The notes beneath the pieces were generated by a model. It was given only the letters and a program-made list of their open reading frames with translations, did not search any database and was not told the origin of the DNA. DNA of 62,210 nucleotides, filler included, from Basidiobolus meristosporus CBS 931.73 (lineage: Eukaryota; Fungi; Basidiobolomycota), in assembly GCA_002104905.1 (NCBI GenBank). It is 4 parts of 4 records of this genome, joined end to end, with 100 filler letters (N's around TTAATTAATTAA, not from the genome) between each part and the next. Parts side by side here need not be neighbours in the genome. Positions count along the whole stretch, not along the records: positions 1 to 29,052 come from MCFE01000875.1; 3 more parts are not named here. One strand, written 5' to 3'. Positions 1-11,220 of the stretch are shown here, piece after piece. The first letter of the stretch is position 1. Each line of letters begins with the position of its first letter. A program made the translations under genes and the position numbers.

Positions 1-886
1 TACTGGCTCAGTAATATGGTTGATTATGTGAGAGTTCCCATCAGCTGTTGAGACTGAAGTTGATTTGGTGGGTTCTGAGTTAATTCCAGCTTTCAAAGCA
101 AATTGCTCTGGCATGTACTCACGTGATGCTCCTGAGTCAACCAGGATTTTGGCATCCTTCATGTTACTATGCTCCATGGCCTCAATACGGTTAAAGGTTC
201 TTGATGGCTGTTGTCCACTTCTTCTCTGAGGGCAGTACTTTGCAATATGTCTCTACTGGTGGCAATTGAAGCAAAGTCCTTTCTTCTTACATTCTTCTGA
301 GGTAGGATTCTTCTGCATAGTGTCTATTTTCATTGGTACTGCTTCTGATTGTCTTCTTTCATAGTGATTGTAGCCTCTCTGATTAGTCAATGTGGGCTTC
401 CCAACTCCAAATATAGCTGAGTTATAGTTAATGACAGTCATGATGGCTTCTTCAGTAGTCTGTGGTCCTCAAAAATGCATTTCCTTACCAGTTCTTTCTT
501 ACAGCCCATCAATAGAGTGTTCCATTTGATCCAGAGGGTCCATTCTTTCAATTTGCCCAAGTAGACATCTATATTCATATATGTACTCTTGGACCATTTC
601 TTGCTGTCTGAGTGTCTTCAACATACTTCTTAGTATTGTCCATTGGTGTGTGGGTGCAAAGGCATCCTGAATATCTGACACAAACTCATCCCAGGTAGAG
701 ATTGTAGAGCATCCCATCATGGTGGCTGACCTGATCTTGTTGTGGTACCACTGTAAAGCTGCATCTGCCAGGTAAGAGGCTGTATAATATAACTTGCTTT
801 CTGGAGCAATTCCCTTAGCCTTGAAAGCTTCCTCAATCTGGAAGAGCCAAGTTCCCAGGTTTTCATTGATTCAACCATGGTACCGG

Positions 887-1690
887 TGTGGTAGGGTAAA
901 CATACCTCCCACAGACAAACTTATTCATATAGTCATTATGATATACTTATCCATATTTTATCTTATCAGTATTATCCCATTCTTCTTTTGCCCATATTAT
1001 CAGTATTATCCCCATATGATGTTTACCCTGATTAGTTATTAGCATTAGTTATCCCAGATGTTATTCAGCTTTGAGATCAGTAGATGTATCTATATAAGGT
1101 AAGAACCTGTGTCAGTACCCATGACACATGACCTAGGTCTGTGTTACCATCCCTACCATTTCAATACCATATATGGTATTTCTATGTTGCACAGGTTTCA
1201 GACTACTGATTCCTGATTGGTTGAAAGTGCTGTGCCTTTAAGAACCTTCCAGGACATTCTTGGCATATTTTTAGCTCATAGTGATGTCATCAAGGATTCC
1301 ACTGATACCTAGAATCTTCTAGAACCTTGTCAGTGGTGATCACTTGGCAATCAGGAAAAGTATTTAAGGGAAAGCAATCCCTCATCAATAAATCATCCCT
1401 TCTATCAGGTATACTTCTACCTTATTGATTAGCAGTTGATTACTGCACCTGCCTTCAGCAGTACATCTCAGACCTGGCATCAAGGAGCTTTTCAGGGTAG
1501 TGCACAAGATACACAGAGGCCTTTGGAGACACTTGGAGCACCTAGGAAGCTAGAGAAGAAGGAGCTTTTACCATAATGACATATTGGCAAAGACACCAGC
1601 AGTTTAGACACAGAGGTTATTGCACCCATCAGACACCTCACACACCTTGAGTTGTGTAGCTTCTCCCACAAGTCCCTCTACACCACCATA
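887..1690 (+). repeat. B2 5' LTR (804 bp)
   Basis: Near-identical inverted copy at 4371-5174 and diverged copy at 31157-31961; followed by PBS. Confidence 0.9.
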
Positions 1691-1694
1691 TATT

Positions 1695-1711
1695 TGGCAC
1701 CCAATGTGGGG
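1695..1711 (+). promoter_or_regulatory. Primer-binding site, tRNA-Lys(CUU)-like
   Basis: TGGCACCCAATGTGGGG versus canonical tRNA-Lys1,2 PBS TGGCGCCCAACGTGGGG; both mismatches are CpG transitions; 4 nt after the LTR end. Confidence 0.75.
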
Positions 1712-1764
1712 GGTTTGACTGAACTGCCCCTAGAAGACTTAAGAAAGAACAAATTATCAAGACC

Positions 1765-3621
1765 ATGGATCTACCTTTACCTGGAATGCAAGGAACCCCT
1801 TTCTTTGATGGAACTAAAGTCAAAGCTTGCATCAAGAGGTGGGAGCTTTTCTGCAGAGCACCCAAATAACCTGAGGCCATTATGGCTGAAGAGATGCCCC
1901 CTTACAGCACTGATGAGATCATGCTCTCATTATATGAAAGAAATGATCTGCTGACAAATTGGACCCTCTTGAAGAGCTACTTGATTGATGAATATGGAGA
2001 GAGACAAGTTGACTACACACTTCAAGACTTGGAGAATTTTGCTTATGGCAAGTTTAAGCTGCTACCATTGAAAGAATACTTGAGTGGCCTTGAGCAAATT
2101 GGAGAGTCACTAAAAGCCCAAGGAGTTATCACTGATCTCACTTTATATGCCTATTGTCTCAGAGCACTACCAGAAGACCTGGTGAGAAGGATTGAAAACA
2201 ATCCTACTGTGAAAGCTATGAGTTCACTGCCTGAGTTTCAGTTAGCTAAGCAGATTCTACTTGCCCCTGAAGAAACCTCACAAATCAGAAAGCTTCTTTC
2301 AAGCTCAGCACAAAACCAAGATAGCCAAGACTTACTTAATTCTAGTAATCAAAGCACTCAGAATCAGGAGCTGACACAACAACTAGAGAAACTCTCTTTG
2401 CTACTTGCCAGCAAAGCATATGGTCAGAAGCCAGTAGAGAAAGAAGTCAAATATACATGCATGTGGTGTGACTCTGCCAACCATTCCAAGAGAAATTGCC
2501 AAGAGCTTCAATCATTACTATCTGCAGGTGATGTCCTATATAGTTCTCAGGGATACATAGTTAGTAAGCATGGTGACAAATTATCCACAGCATTTGGACA
2601 AGGAGGAATGAGAGTTCACTACAAGCAAGTCACCGCTCAGACAAGAAAGGTGCATCTCTATGAAGAGGAAGATCCTGACTACTTTGATCCAACTGAAGTT
2701 CTGAACTTTGCCTATGAGGACCCCAGAAAGGTCCAAGATCATATAGCTTCAATTTATGCTTCAAAGAGACACCATCCTGAAAAAATGGCTAGTCTAGGCC
2801 CAGCAGCAAAAGTACCAAGATGTGGGCCAGAAGTTGTGATTGAGAAGTGAGCATCACCCCCATTAATTTTACAAGAGTCTGCCAAGGCCAACAACTACCA
2901 CATGCAGCCTAGAATCAAGCAAAATGGTACCCCAGAGACTCTGACAAGTCATACACTAGGAAACAACATATCAATCAAGGTTGGAGAGCTACTCAGTGTA
3001 TCACCATCTGTAAGAAAGACTCTGGATGAGCACATCAGAATAAGAAAGCATCCAATTGAAGCAACTCAAGGTAACCAGGTCAGGACAATTCAAGGAAGCC
3101 AAGATACCAGTAAGCTGCATCAAAGCCAGAAACACTACTACTTAGTGGCAACTGCAACAACTACAGGAACTGTGCATAATCAAGAAATTGTATGTCATAT
3201 AGACAGTGAATCTGAGATATGTGTGATGCCTTTGGAGGCTTGGAAACAACTACCATGCAAAGACCTATTGCCCATAGACACCAATATCAATTGGAGCATG
3301 AAGGAAGCCAACTCAGGGCAATCAAAGCTTTTAGGAATTATTCACAGCTTCCCTCTGATCATTGAAAGAATACACCATGCAATCCCAGTATTCATTTGTG
3401 CAAAGGCTAACTTTGAGTTACTTCTTGGAAGACCATGGGAGGTAAAAGCAAGAGCAACTGCAGTGAACTACCCAGATGGTACAGCTTGGTATACTATATA
3501 CTCAGAGAGCCCAGGACTAACAGTAACCTTCTGTGGTGTGGACTCAAACAATATCCGATCAATGCCATCATGTAGATTTCTATCTCAAGAAAGGACAGGT
3601 GGCTTCATTGAGGAAGACTGA
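1765..3621 (+). pseudogene. gag: B2 gag-protease, disrupted
   Basis: ATG at 1765 gives MDLPLPGMQGTPFFDG (cf. family B APQFDG), then a frameshift into ORF 1882-2850 with CMWCDSANHSKRNC zinc knuckle. In-frame TGA at 2848 is probably CGA>TGA. PR motif CHIDSESEIC in 2902-3621. Confidence 0.85.
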
Positions 3622-4370
3622 GAGAGCACTTTGTTCTCCAAACTTACAGTGGTTAGCTAAAAAGTTCCCTGAAACTGTACCTCTACACCACCACACTGGT
3701 TCACCTTGATACTAAAGTTGCTCTTGACAGGGTTTTGCTGGCTTTGGGCCATGGTTGTCACTCCTTGATGCTGCTGGGCCAGGATGTTATAATCTGCCAC
3801 TTGAATGTTTAAGTTAGATCAGTTTTTAGTCAAATCATTTAGTTATATGTTTAGGTTATCAGTATACCAGAATTATCTATCAAATCAGTAGCATTAGTCA
3901 GCAAATGAAGCAGCAGGTCCTTATCAGACAGAAATTGATATATTCAATTGGATCTTATTGGGTGATAATGACGCATTCAAATGAGTCATCAGCCACAGCC
4001 TACATTAGGAAATAACATTAGTCAGCAATTGATCTTGCAAAATGTATATAAGGAGTTGCTGGAATCTCAATAAAGAGAAGTTCAAGTTTTAGTCAATACA
4101 ATACTGGCTAAACTCCCTATTTGCCTACAACTCTTATACTAAGACTTGTAGCATTGGTAGCAGTGATAACTGGAAATGTCCATCCTGAAGAAAGAAGAAG
4201 CCTCCCTCAAGATGTCCAAAAATCTCAAATGGAAGAATGTTATGCAACAAATCCTGGCCTAGCAGCAACAGTTACTCCAGATCCTTAGCCAACAGCAACA
4301 AGGAATGACTACCTTGACCCAAAGCCAGCAAAACCCTGTCAAGAGCAACTTTAGTGTCAAGGTCAACGGG

Positions 4371-5174
4371 TGTGGTGGTGTAGAGGTACTCCTGGGAGAA
4401 GCTACACAAATCAAAGTGTGTGAGGTGTCTGATGGGTGCAATAACCTCTGTGTCTAAACTGCTGGTGTCTTTGCCAATATGTCATTATGGTAAAAGCTCC
4501 TTCTTCTCTAGCTTCCTAGGTGCTCCAAGTGGCTCCAAAGACCTCTGTGTGTCTTGTGCACTACCCTGAAAAGCTCCTTGATGCCAGGTCTGAGATGTAC
4601 TGTTGAAGGCAGGTGCAGTGATCAACTGCTAATCAATAAGGTAGAAGTGTACCTGATAGAAGGGATGATTTATTGATGAGGGATTGCTTTCCCTTAAATA
4701 CTTTTCCTGATTGCCAAGTGATTACCAATGACAAGGTTCTAGAAGATTCTAGGTATCAGTGGAATCCTTGATGACATCACTATGAGTTAAAAATATGCCA
4801 AGAATGTCCTGGAAGGTTCTAAAAGGCACAGCACTTTCAACCAAGCAGGAATCACTAGTCAGAAACCTGTGCAACATAGAAGTACCATATATAGTATTGA
4901 AATGGTGGGGATGGTAACACAGACCTAGGTCATGTGTCACGGGTACTGATGCAGGTACTTGCCTTATGTAGATACATATACTGATCACAAAGCTGAATAA
5001 CATCTGGGATAACTAATGCTAATAACTATTCAAGGTAAACAACATATGGGGATAATACTGATAATATAGGCAAAAGAAGAATGGGATGATACTGATAAGA
5101 TAAAATATGGATAAGTATATCATAATGACTATATGAATAAGTTTGTCTGTGGGAGGTATGTTTACCCTACCACA
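4371..5174 (-). mobile_element. B2 solo LTR inside family A gag
   Basis: Inverted copy of 887-1690; flanks CGGG (4367-4370) / CCGG (5175-5178); family A gag resumes in register. Confidence 0.9.
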
Positions 5175-6366
5175 CCGGTACCATGGTTGAATCAATGAAA
5201 ACCTGGGAACTTGGCTCTTCCAGATTGAGGAAGCTTTCAAGGCTAAGGGAATTGATCCAGAAAGCAAGTTATATTATACAGCCTCTTACCTGGCAGATGC
5301 AGCTTTACAGTGGTACAACAACAAGATCAGGTCAGCAACCATGATGGGATGCTCTACAATCTCTACCTGGGATGAGTTTGTGCCAGAAATTTGGGATGCC
5401 TTTGAGCCCCCACACCAACAGACACTACTAAGAAGAAAGTTGAAGACACTCAGACAGAAAGGAATGGTTCAAGAGTACATCTATAAATATAGATATTAAC
5501 TTGGGCAAATTGAAAGAATGGACCCTCTTGATTAAGTTGAATACTTTGTTGATGGGTTGAAAGAAAGAGCTTGTAAGGAAGTGCATTATTGAAGACCTCA
5601 GACTATTGAAGAAGCCATCAAGATTGCCACTGACTATGACTCAGCTTTGTTTGGAGTTGGGAAGCCCACAATGACTAATCAGAGAGGCTACAATTACTAT
5701 GAAAGAAGACAATCAGAAGCAGTGCCAATGGAAATAGACGCTATGCAGAAAAATCCTACCTCAGAACAATGCAAGAAGAAAGGACTTTGCTTCAATTGCC
5801 ACCAGCAGAGACATATTGCAAAGTACTGCCCTCAGAGAAGAAGTGTCATGATCACATGACAACCATGAACACCCATGCCAAGTTTCAGCTTCCTAGCTCA
5901 ATTGCTAAGAGATTCCTTCTGGAACCTTCTACCACCTTCCAGAATGTTCCTGACCATTTCAAGCCATTGTTACACAATGGAACATTCCATGGAAGCTTTC
6001 CATTGTATTTTTCATAGTCTAGTACCATATATGGAAATACCAAGTCAAATGACCTAGTCACATGATCAGTTGACCCAATCCATTTCCCCATCCTGTCTCA
6101 GTGCCGTGTCATCTATGTCATTATCCCCAGCACCATTGCTGTGCCTCACCCCACAACCCCATTAGTATTAGCAAATATCTCTTGGCATCAGTATAGCCAA
6201 AAAATATGTATAGTTCTACCCCCCCTTAAGTATTCCTCAGTCTGATAAATACAGGTCTTGAATAAACAGCCTTGCCTTGAATCCTGCCTTGCCTTGATGG
6301 TCCACATCTAAGTCCTTTCCTGCCGTGCCTAGCTTTTCCTCCTGCCTTGTGTCTATTCACAACAGT

Positions 6367-6377
6367 TTTATCAGACT
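6367..6377 (+). promoter_or_regulatory. Self-priming PBS (Tf1 type)
   Basis: TTTATCAGACT is the exact reverse complement of AGTCTGATAAA at 6239-6249 within the LTR; no TGG-type tRNA PBS is present. Confidence 0.75.
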
Positions 6378-6427
6378 CTCCTGACTTACCTGTGGATCCC
6401 TGCCTTCTGCCCAAAGTTTGAAGAAAA

Positions 6428-6688
6428 CTTGTAAAAGGAATACTCACCGTAAGTATCACCCATCATCTTTCCCTAGTCTTGTCCTATAAAGGCAAAGATA
6501 CTTTATCTTTGTAAACTATTGGTCAAAGCTGCATTCACTTTATTACCCTGCTGGTGGAGTTTACAGTTGTAACAGTATTGGAAGCTTTAGTACAATACTC
6601 TATCAACCGACATTGAAACCAGTACCTTCTGAAGTGATGCTAACTTATTTAAGTTGGGGATTGTGGCTCAATAGTTGTATTCTTGACA
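6428..6688 (+). ncRNA. Candidate structured cis-acting RNA in the family C 5' leader, homologous to B/B' LTR U5
   Basis: Conserved blocks GGAATACTCA, AGGCAAAGATACTT, CTATTGGTCAAAGCTGCATTC, CCCTGYTGGTGGAGTTTACAGTTGT, GGAAGCTTTAGTACA, TAAGTTGGGGATTGT, TCAATAGTT are shared with the minus strand of 15728-15993, 21841-22107 and 24689-24954. Several stems show compensatory changes. Confidence 0.6.
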
Positions 6689-6769
6689 TACTAGTGGCTT
6701 TACAAACCCACAACCTAGTTTAGTATATTCCAGTATTCCTTGCAAGTTCATCTGCCTTCCTCTGCTACC

Positions 6770-7702
6770 ATGTCCAATCTAGAGCTGAACTTTGCCCAGC
6801 TCATGGCTGCCTTTACCCAACTACAGCAAGACCATGCAGACCTCAGAAACACTCTTGATCAGTTCCAGAACCAAAGTGTCCAGCAAACTAGCCATGTCCC
6901 AGTCTACCAAGAACCCAAGTATACTCCTGCTACCAAGTTCAATGGCTCTCAGAATGAATTCCGTGGCTTCATCAACATGATGAAGAACAATCTTGCACTC
7001 TAGCCCAACCGGTACCCCACTGACCAGGCCAAAGTTGGTTTCATCTCCAACCTGCTTACTGGTACAGCTCTCAAGTGGTTCTCCTCATTAGTGGAGACCA
7101 ACTCTCCCCTCCTCAGAGACTACCAAGCTTTTCTCACTGAAATGGAGCTAACATTTGGTAACTTTGACCAAGCCAGAACTGCTGCCAACAAGATCAAGAC
7201 CCTCAAGCAAGGGAACAAGCCAGCATCAGTCTACACCTCAGAATTCTGACAACTCTCCAGTGATCTCAGCTCCTGGGGTCAAGCAGCCTTGATTAGCCAA
7301 TTCCAAGATGGCCTCAATGATGAAGTTTGTGATCTGCTACTCACACTCCCAGATCCAGATACATTGGTTGAAGCTATGGACCAAGCAATCCGGTATGATA
7401 ACAGACTATTCCAGAAGAAGCAAAAGAACCGTCAAAGACACATTCCTGTTGCAGTCCCAGCCCCTCCTGCTTCCCAAGTCACTCCAGAAGATCCCATGCA
7501 GATTGATAGTGCCAAATACAAGAAACTATCAAAGAGTGAAAAGTCCAGACATCAACAAGCTAACCTCTGTCTATACTGTGGCCAACCAGGTAACTTTGCC
7601 AAGTCCTGCCCCAACAAGAAGTCCAGCTTCAAGCTGATGCAGTCCTCCAGTAACCAACCTGATTCAGATCTGCCGGGAAACTCCAATGTCCAGTTGCACT
7701 GA
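6770..7702 (+). pseudogene. gag: Family C gag with two premature stops
   Basis: ATG at 6770; stops at ~7001 (TAG) and ~7248 (TGA); FQDGLNDEV motif and CLYCGQPGNFAKSC knuckle. Confidence 0.85.
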
Positions 7703-7719
7703 CAGGCTTGCAACTGGAC
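7675..7719 (+). promoter_or_regulatory. -1 ribosomal frameshift signal
   Basis: G GGA AAC heptamer (7675-7681) in gag frame; 6-nt spacer; 11-bp perfect stem GTCCAGTTGCA/TGCAACTGGAC (7688-7719); -1 frame is open into pol. Confidence 0.85.
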
Positions 7720-10700
7720 CCACCCATGAAAATCCAGTATATCCAAGAATCTTCCTTTGCCACAAAATCTATCCAGCCCTTGAGAAAGCCTGTCAAAGTC
7801 CAGATCCCTGACTCCAGCCCTGTCCCAGCCCTAGCCCTGATTGATTCCGGTGCTTCATCCTGTTTCATTGACCAAGCCTTTGTCCAGAAGCACTATATTC
7901 CTGTTACCTTGAAATCCTGTCCAGTCCAAGTAGAAGTTATTGATGGAAGATCACTCTCCTCTGGTGCTGTTACCCATGAAACATGCTTACTCCAGCTGTC
8001 CAGTACTGCCCACCAAGAAAGAGTCGCCTTCAACATCATCAACTCACCACACTATCCTGTTGTGCTTGGAAGCTCATTGTTGAGCTACCACAATCCAAGT
8101 ATTGATTGGAAATCCAAGATCCTGTCATTCACCAGATCCCACCAAGTCAACTCCATGAAATCTCCAGACCCTGATAACCGTGAAAAGACTATTGCCAACA
8201 GTTTAACAGCCCAAGATACCTTGCCAGCTGAAGGAGCCCCCTCAGCAAACATACCAGCCAAGTACCAAGAGTTTCCCATGTCTTTGACAAGAAGAAAGCA
8301 GAACTCCTTCCTGACCATTGGCCTTATGACTGCCCTATTGACCTTGAAGATAGAAAAGTCCCTCCATTTGGCCCAATATATAACCTCTCCCAGCCAGAGT
8401 TGAAAGAACTCCATGGTTATATTGAAGAAAACCTCCAGAAGGGTTTTATTCAGCACTCCAAATCACCTGCTGGTGCCCCAATCCTCTTTGTCAAGAAGAA
8501 GGATGGCACACTCAGAATGTGTGTGGACTACCGTGCTTTGAATAAGATCACAGTCAAGAACCGCTACCCCCTGCCCCTGATCAACACACTGTTGGATCAG
8601 CTATCTGCTGCCCAAGTCTTCACCAAGATAGACTTGAGAGGAGCTTACAATCTTGTCAGAATCAAGCCTGGTGATGAATGGAAAACTGCCTTTTGCACAA
8701 GATATGGTCACTTTGAGTACAAAGTAATGCCATTTGGCCTCACCAATGCCCCTGCTGTGTTTCAACACCTCATGAATGACATATTCTGTGAATGCCTTGA
8801 CCAGTTTGTGGTAATCTACCTTGATGATATTCTCATATACTCCAAGAGTCAAGATGAACATGATGAACATGTCAAGAAAGTATTGAGAAAACTAGACTCT
8901 GCCGGTCTCTATGGCAAGTTAGAGAAGTGTGAATTTGACCAGAGAGAAGTGGAATTTCTTGGTTACCTCATCAGCCCTGAGGGGACAAGAATGGACCCAA
9001 AGAAAGTTGACTCAGTCCAGTCTTGGAAAACCCCAAGCTCAGTCAAGCAAGTACAATCCTTCCTGGGATTTGCCAACTTCTATCACAGGTTCATAGCCAA
9101 CTACTCCAAGATAGTCACCCCTCTGACAAAGCTTACCCAGGAGAACACACCTTTTGCCTGGAATGCGGAGCAATCCACCTCATTCAACCAACTCAAGAAA
9201 TCTTTCCTGAAGGCCCCCCTGCTTGCCCACCCTGACCTTGAGAAGCAATTCATAGTTGAGACTGATGCTTCTAATTTTGCCCTTGGTGCCATACTATCCC
9301 AGTATGATGAGGACAATGTGTTGCACCCCATTGCATTCTACTCTTGGAAGTTTTCCCCTGCAGAGATCAACTATGATGTCTATGATAAGGAGTTGCTTGC
9401 CATCATTGTAGCCTTTGAGCAATGGAGACACTACCTGGATGGTGTAAAACACAACATTAAAGTCTTCTGTAACCATAAGAACCTTGAGTACTTTGCAACT
9501 TCCAAAGTACAAATCCAGAGACAAGCCAGATGGTCACTCTTACTGTCCAGCTTTGACTTTACTACCACCTATAGACCTGGTGCAAAGCAAGGAAAGCCTG
9601 ATGCCCTGTCCAGAAAAAAGGAATATGCCCTGGAAGAGGGAGATGATGCCTGTTGGCAAATGGAACACCCATTGCTGAGCAAGAAACATTTTGAGATTGT
9701 TGCCACCCAGTCCTCAAGTCTTGTCATCCCTTCATTCCTGGTAGGGATATCAGAATCCCAAGCCTCTGATATGACTTCCAGCACCATCAAGAAATATCTG
9801 GAATCCCCAGCTGGGCCCCCTCCCAAGTTCCCAAACATCCAGAGCCTGCATTTGGTAAACAACCTCATCTACCACAAGCAGCAGCTTTATGTCCCAGACC
9901 TTGCCACCCATCTAGACGTCATTAAGTCTTGGCATAATTCAATGGCTGCAGGCCACTTTAGTACTGCCAAAGCCTTGAATGCTATCAAAAGAGATTTCTG
10001 GTGGCCTAGAATGATAACTCTTATCAAAGAGTACGTTCTGACTTGTAATATTTGCAACCGTGCAAAACCAGCCAGACACCAGCCCTATGGACTTCTTCAA
10101 CCCCTGCCTATCCCAGAACACCAATGGAGATATATATCTATGGACTTCATTACTGACCTCCCTGAGTCATGTGGCTTCAATGCTATACTTGTAGTGGCTG
10201 ACTGGCTGACCAAGATGGCTCACTTTATCCCTTGCTGTAAGAACACTGATGCAAAAGAAACTGCTGCTTTAGTCCTGACGAATATTTTCCACCTTCATGG
10301 TATCCCCAGAGATATTGTGTCAGATAGAGGCCCACAGTTTGTGTCCAAGTTTTGGAAACACTTCATGCAATACCTTGGTGTTCAAGTCAAGCTCTCTACT
10401 GCCTTCCATCCACAGTCTGATGGCCAGACTAAAAGAATCAGCCAGATTCTAGAGCAATACCTCCGGTGCTATATCAATTACCAGAAAGACAATTGGGTTG
10501 ATCTACTCCCTGTTGCTGAGTTTGCCTACAACAACTCAAGCCATAGTGCAACCAGTTTTACACCATTCTATACAAGCTATGGATTCCACCCTCAGTTTGA
10601 TATCCAGATTCCAACAAACCCAATGAGCCCACATGTGGCTAAACATGCCCAAGCAATCCAGGACATCCAGAATACCCTCAAGGAAGAACAATCCTTAGCT

Positions 10701-11220
10701 CAGGAAAGCTACAAGAAATTTGCCAATCTAAAACGGCATCCCAGCCCTGATCTTAATGAAGGAGATTCTGTATGGCTGCTCAGAAGAAACATCAGCACCA
10801 ACTGCCCTTGTGACAAATTGGATTTCAAGAAACTTGGTCCTTTCAAGATCAAGAAGAAGCTTAGCCCTATAGTATATCAGCTACAGTTACCAGCAAGTAT
10901 GAAAATCCATGATACTTTCCATGTGTCCCTCCTGGAGCCGTATTGTAGGAACACCTTGCCAAACCGGCAAGAAGCAAAGCCCCAAGCTATCCAGGTTGAC
11001 CAACATCAAGAATTTGAAGTTAAACAGATTCTAGACTCTAAGTATATCCGGTCAAAGCTGTACTTCTTAGTAGACTGGATTGGTTATGGCCAAGTGACCA
11101 AACATGGGAACCAGCTACCCATCTCACTAATTGTCAAGAACTAGTTATCTAGTTCCACCAACAATATCTTGCAAAACCTGCCCCAAAGGGAAATAGAGCT
11201 TCGCCTGGAAGAGGAGAATA
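7675..11220 (+). pseudogene. pol: Family C pol (PR-RT-RH-INT-chromodomain), frameshifted
   Basis: [49 protein letters not shown]. Catalytic E appears as K (DGQTKRI). Chromodomain EFEVKQILD...WIGYG/DQTWEP. 1-nt losses near 8275 and 11090. Confidence 0.9.

Larger units (their letters stand above)
887..3695 (+). mobile_element. Family B2 Ty3/gypsy, internally deleted (5' LTR, gag, PR, last ~19 bp of 3' LTR)
   Basis: LTR 887-1690 (TGTGGTAGGG...CACCACCATA); PBS 1695-1711; gag and PR frames; terminal GTACCTCTACACCACCACA ending at 3695; TSD CCGG (883-886) / CTGG (3696-3699). RT, RH and INT are missing. Confidence 0.88.

Noticed and set aside
6657-6676. GGGGATTGTRGYTCAATAG resembles a tRNA 5' end or A-box
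   Set aside because: No B-box or cloverleaf downstream in any copy; TCAATAGTT is explained by the long-range stem.
6490-6688. Known small ribozyme (hammerhead, twister, HDV-like, pistol) in the cassette
   Set aside because: No CUGANGA/GAAA or other complete core seen on either strand; AATGCAGC...GTTACAA on the antisense strand is only a partial twister resemblance. Needs an Infernal search.
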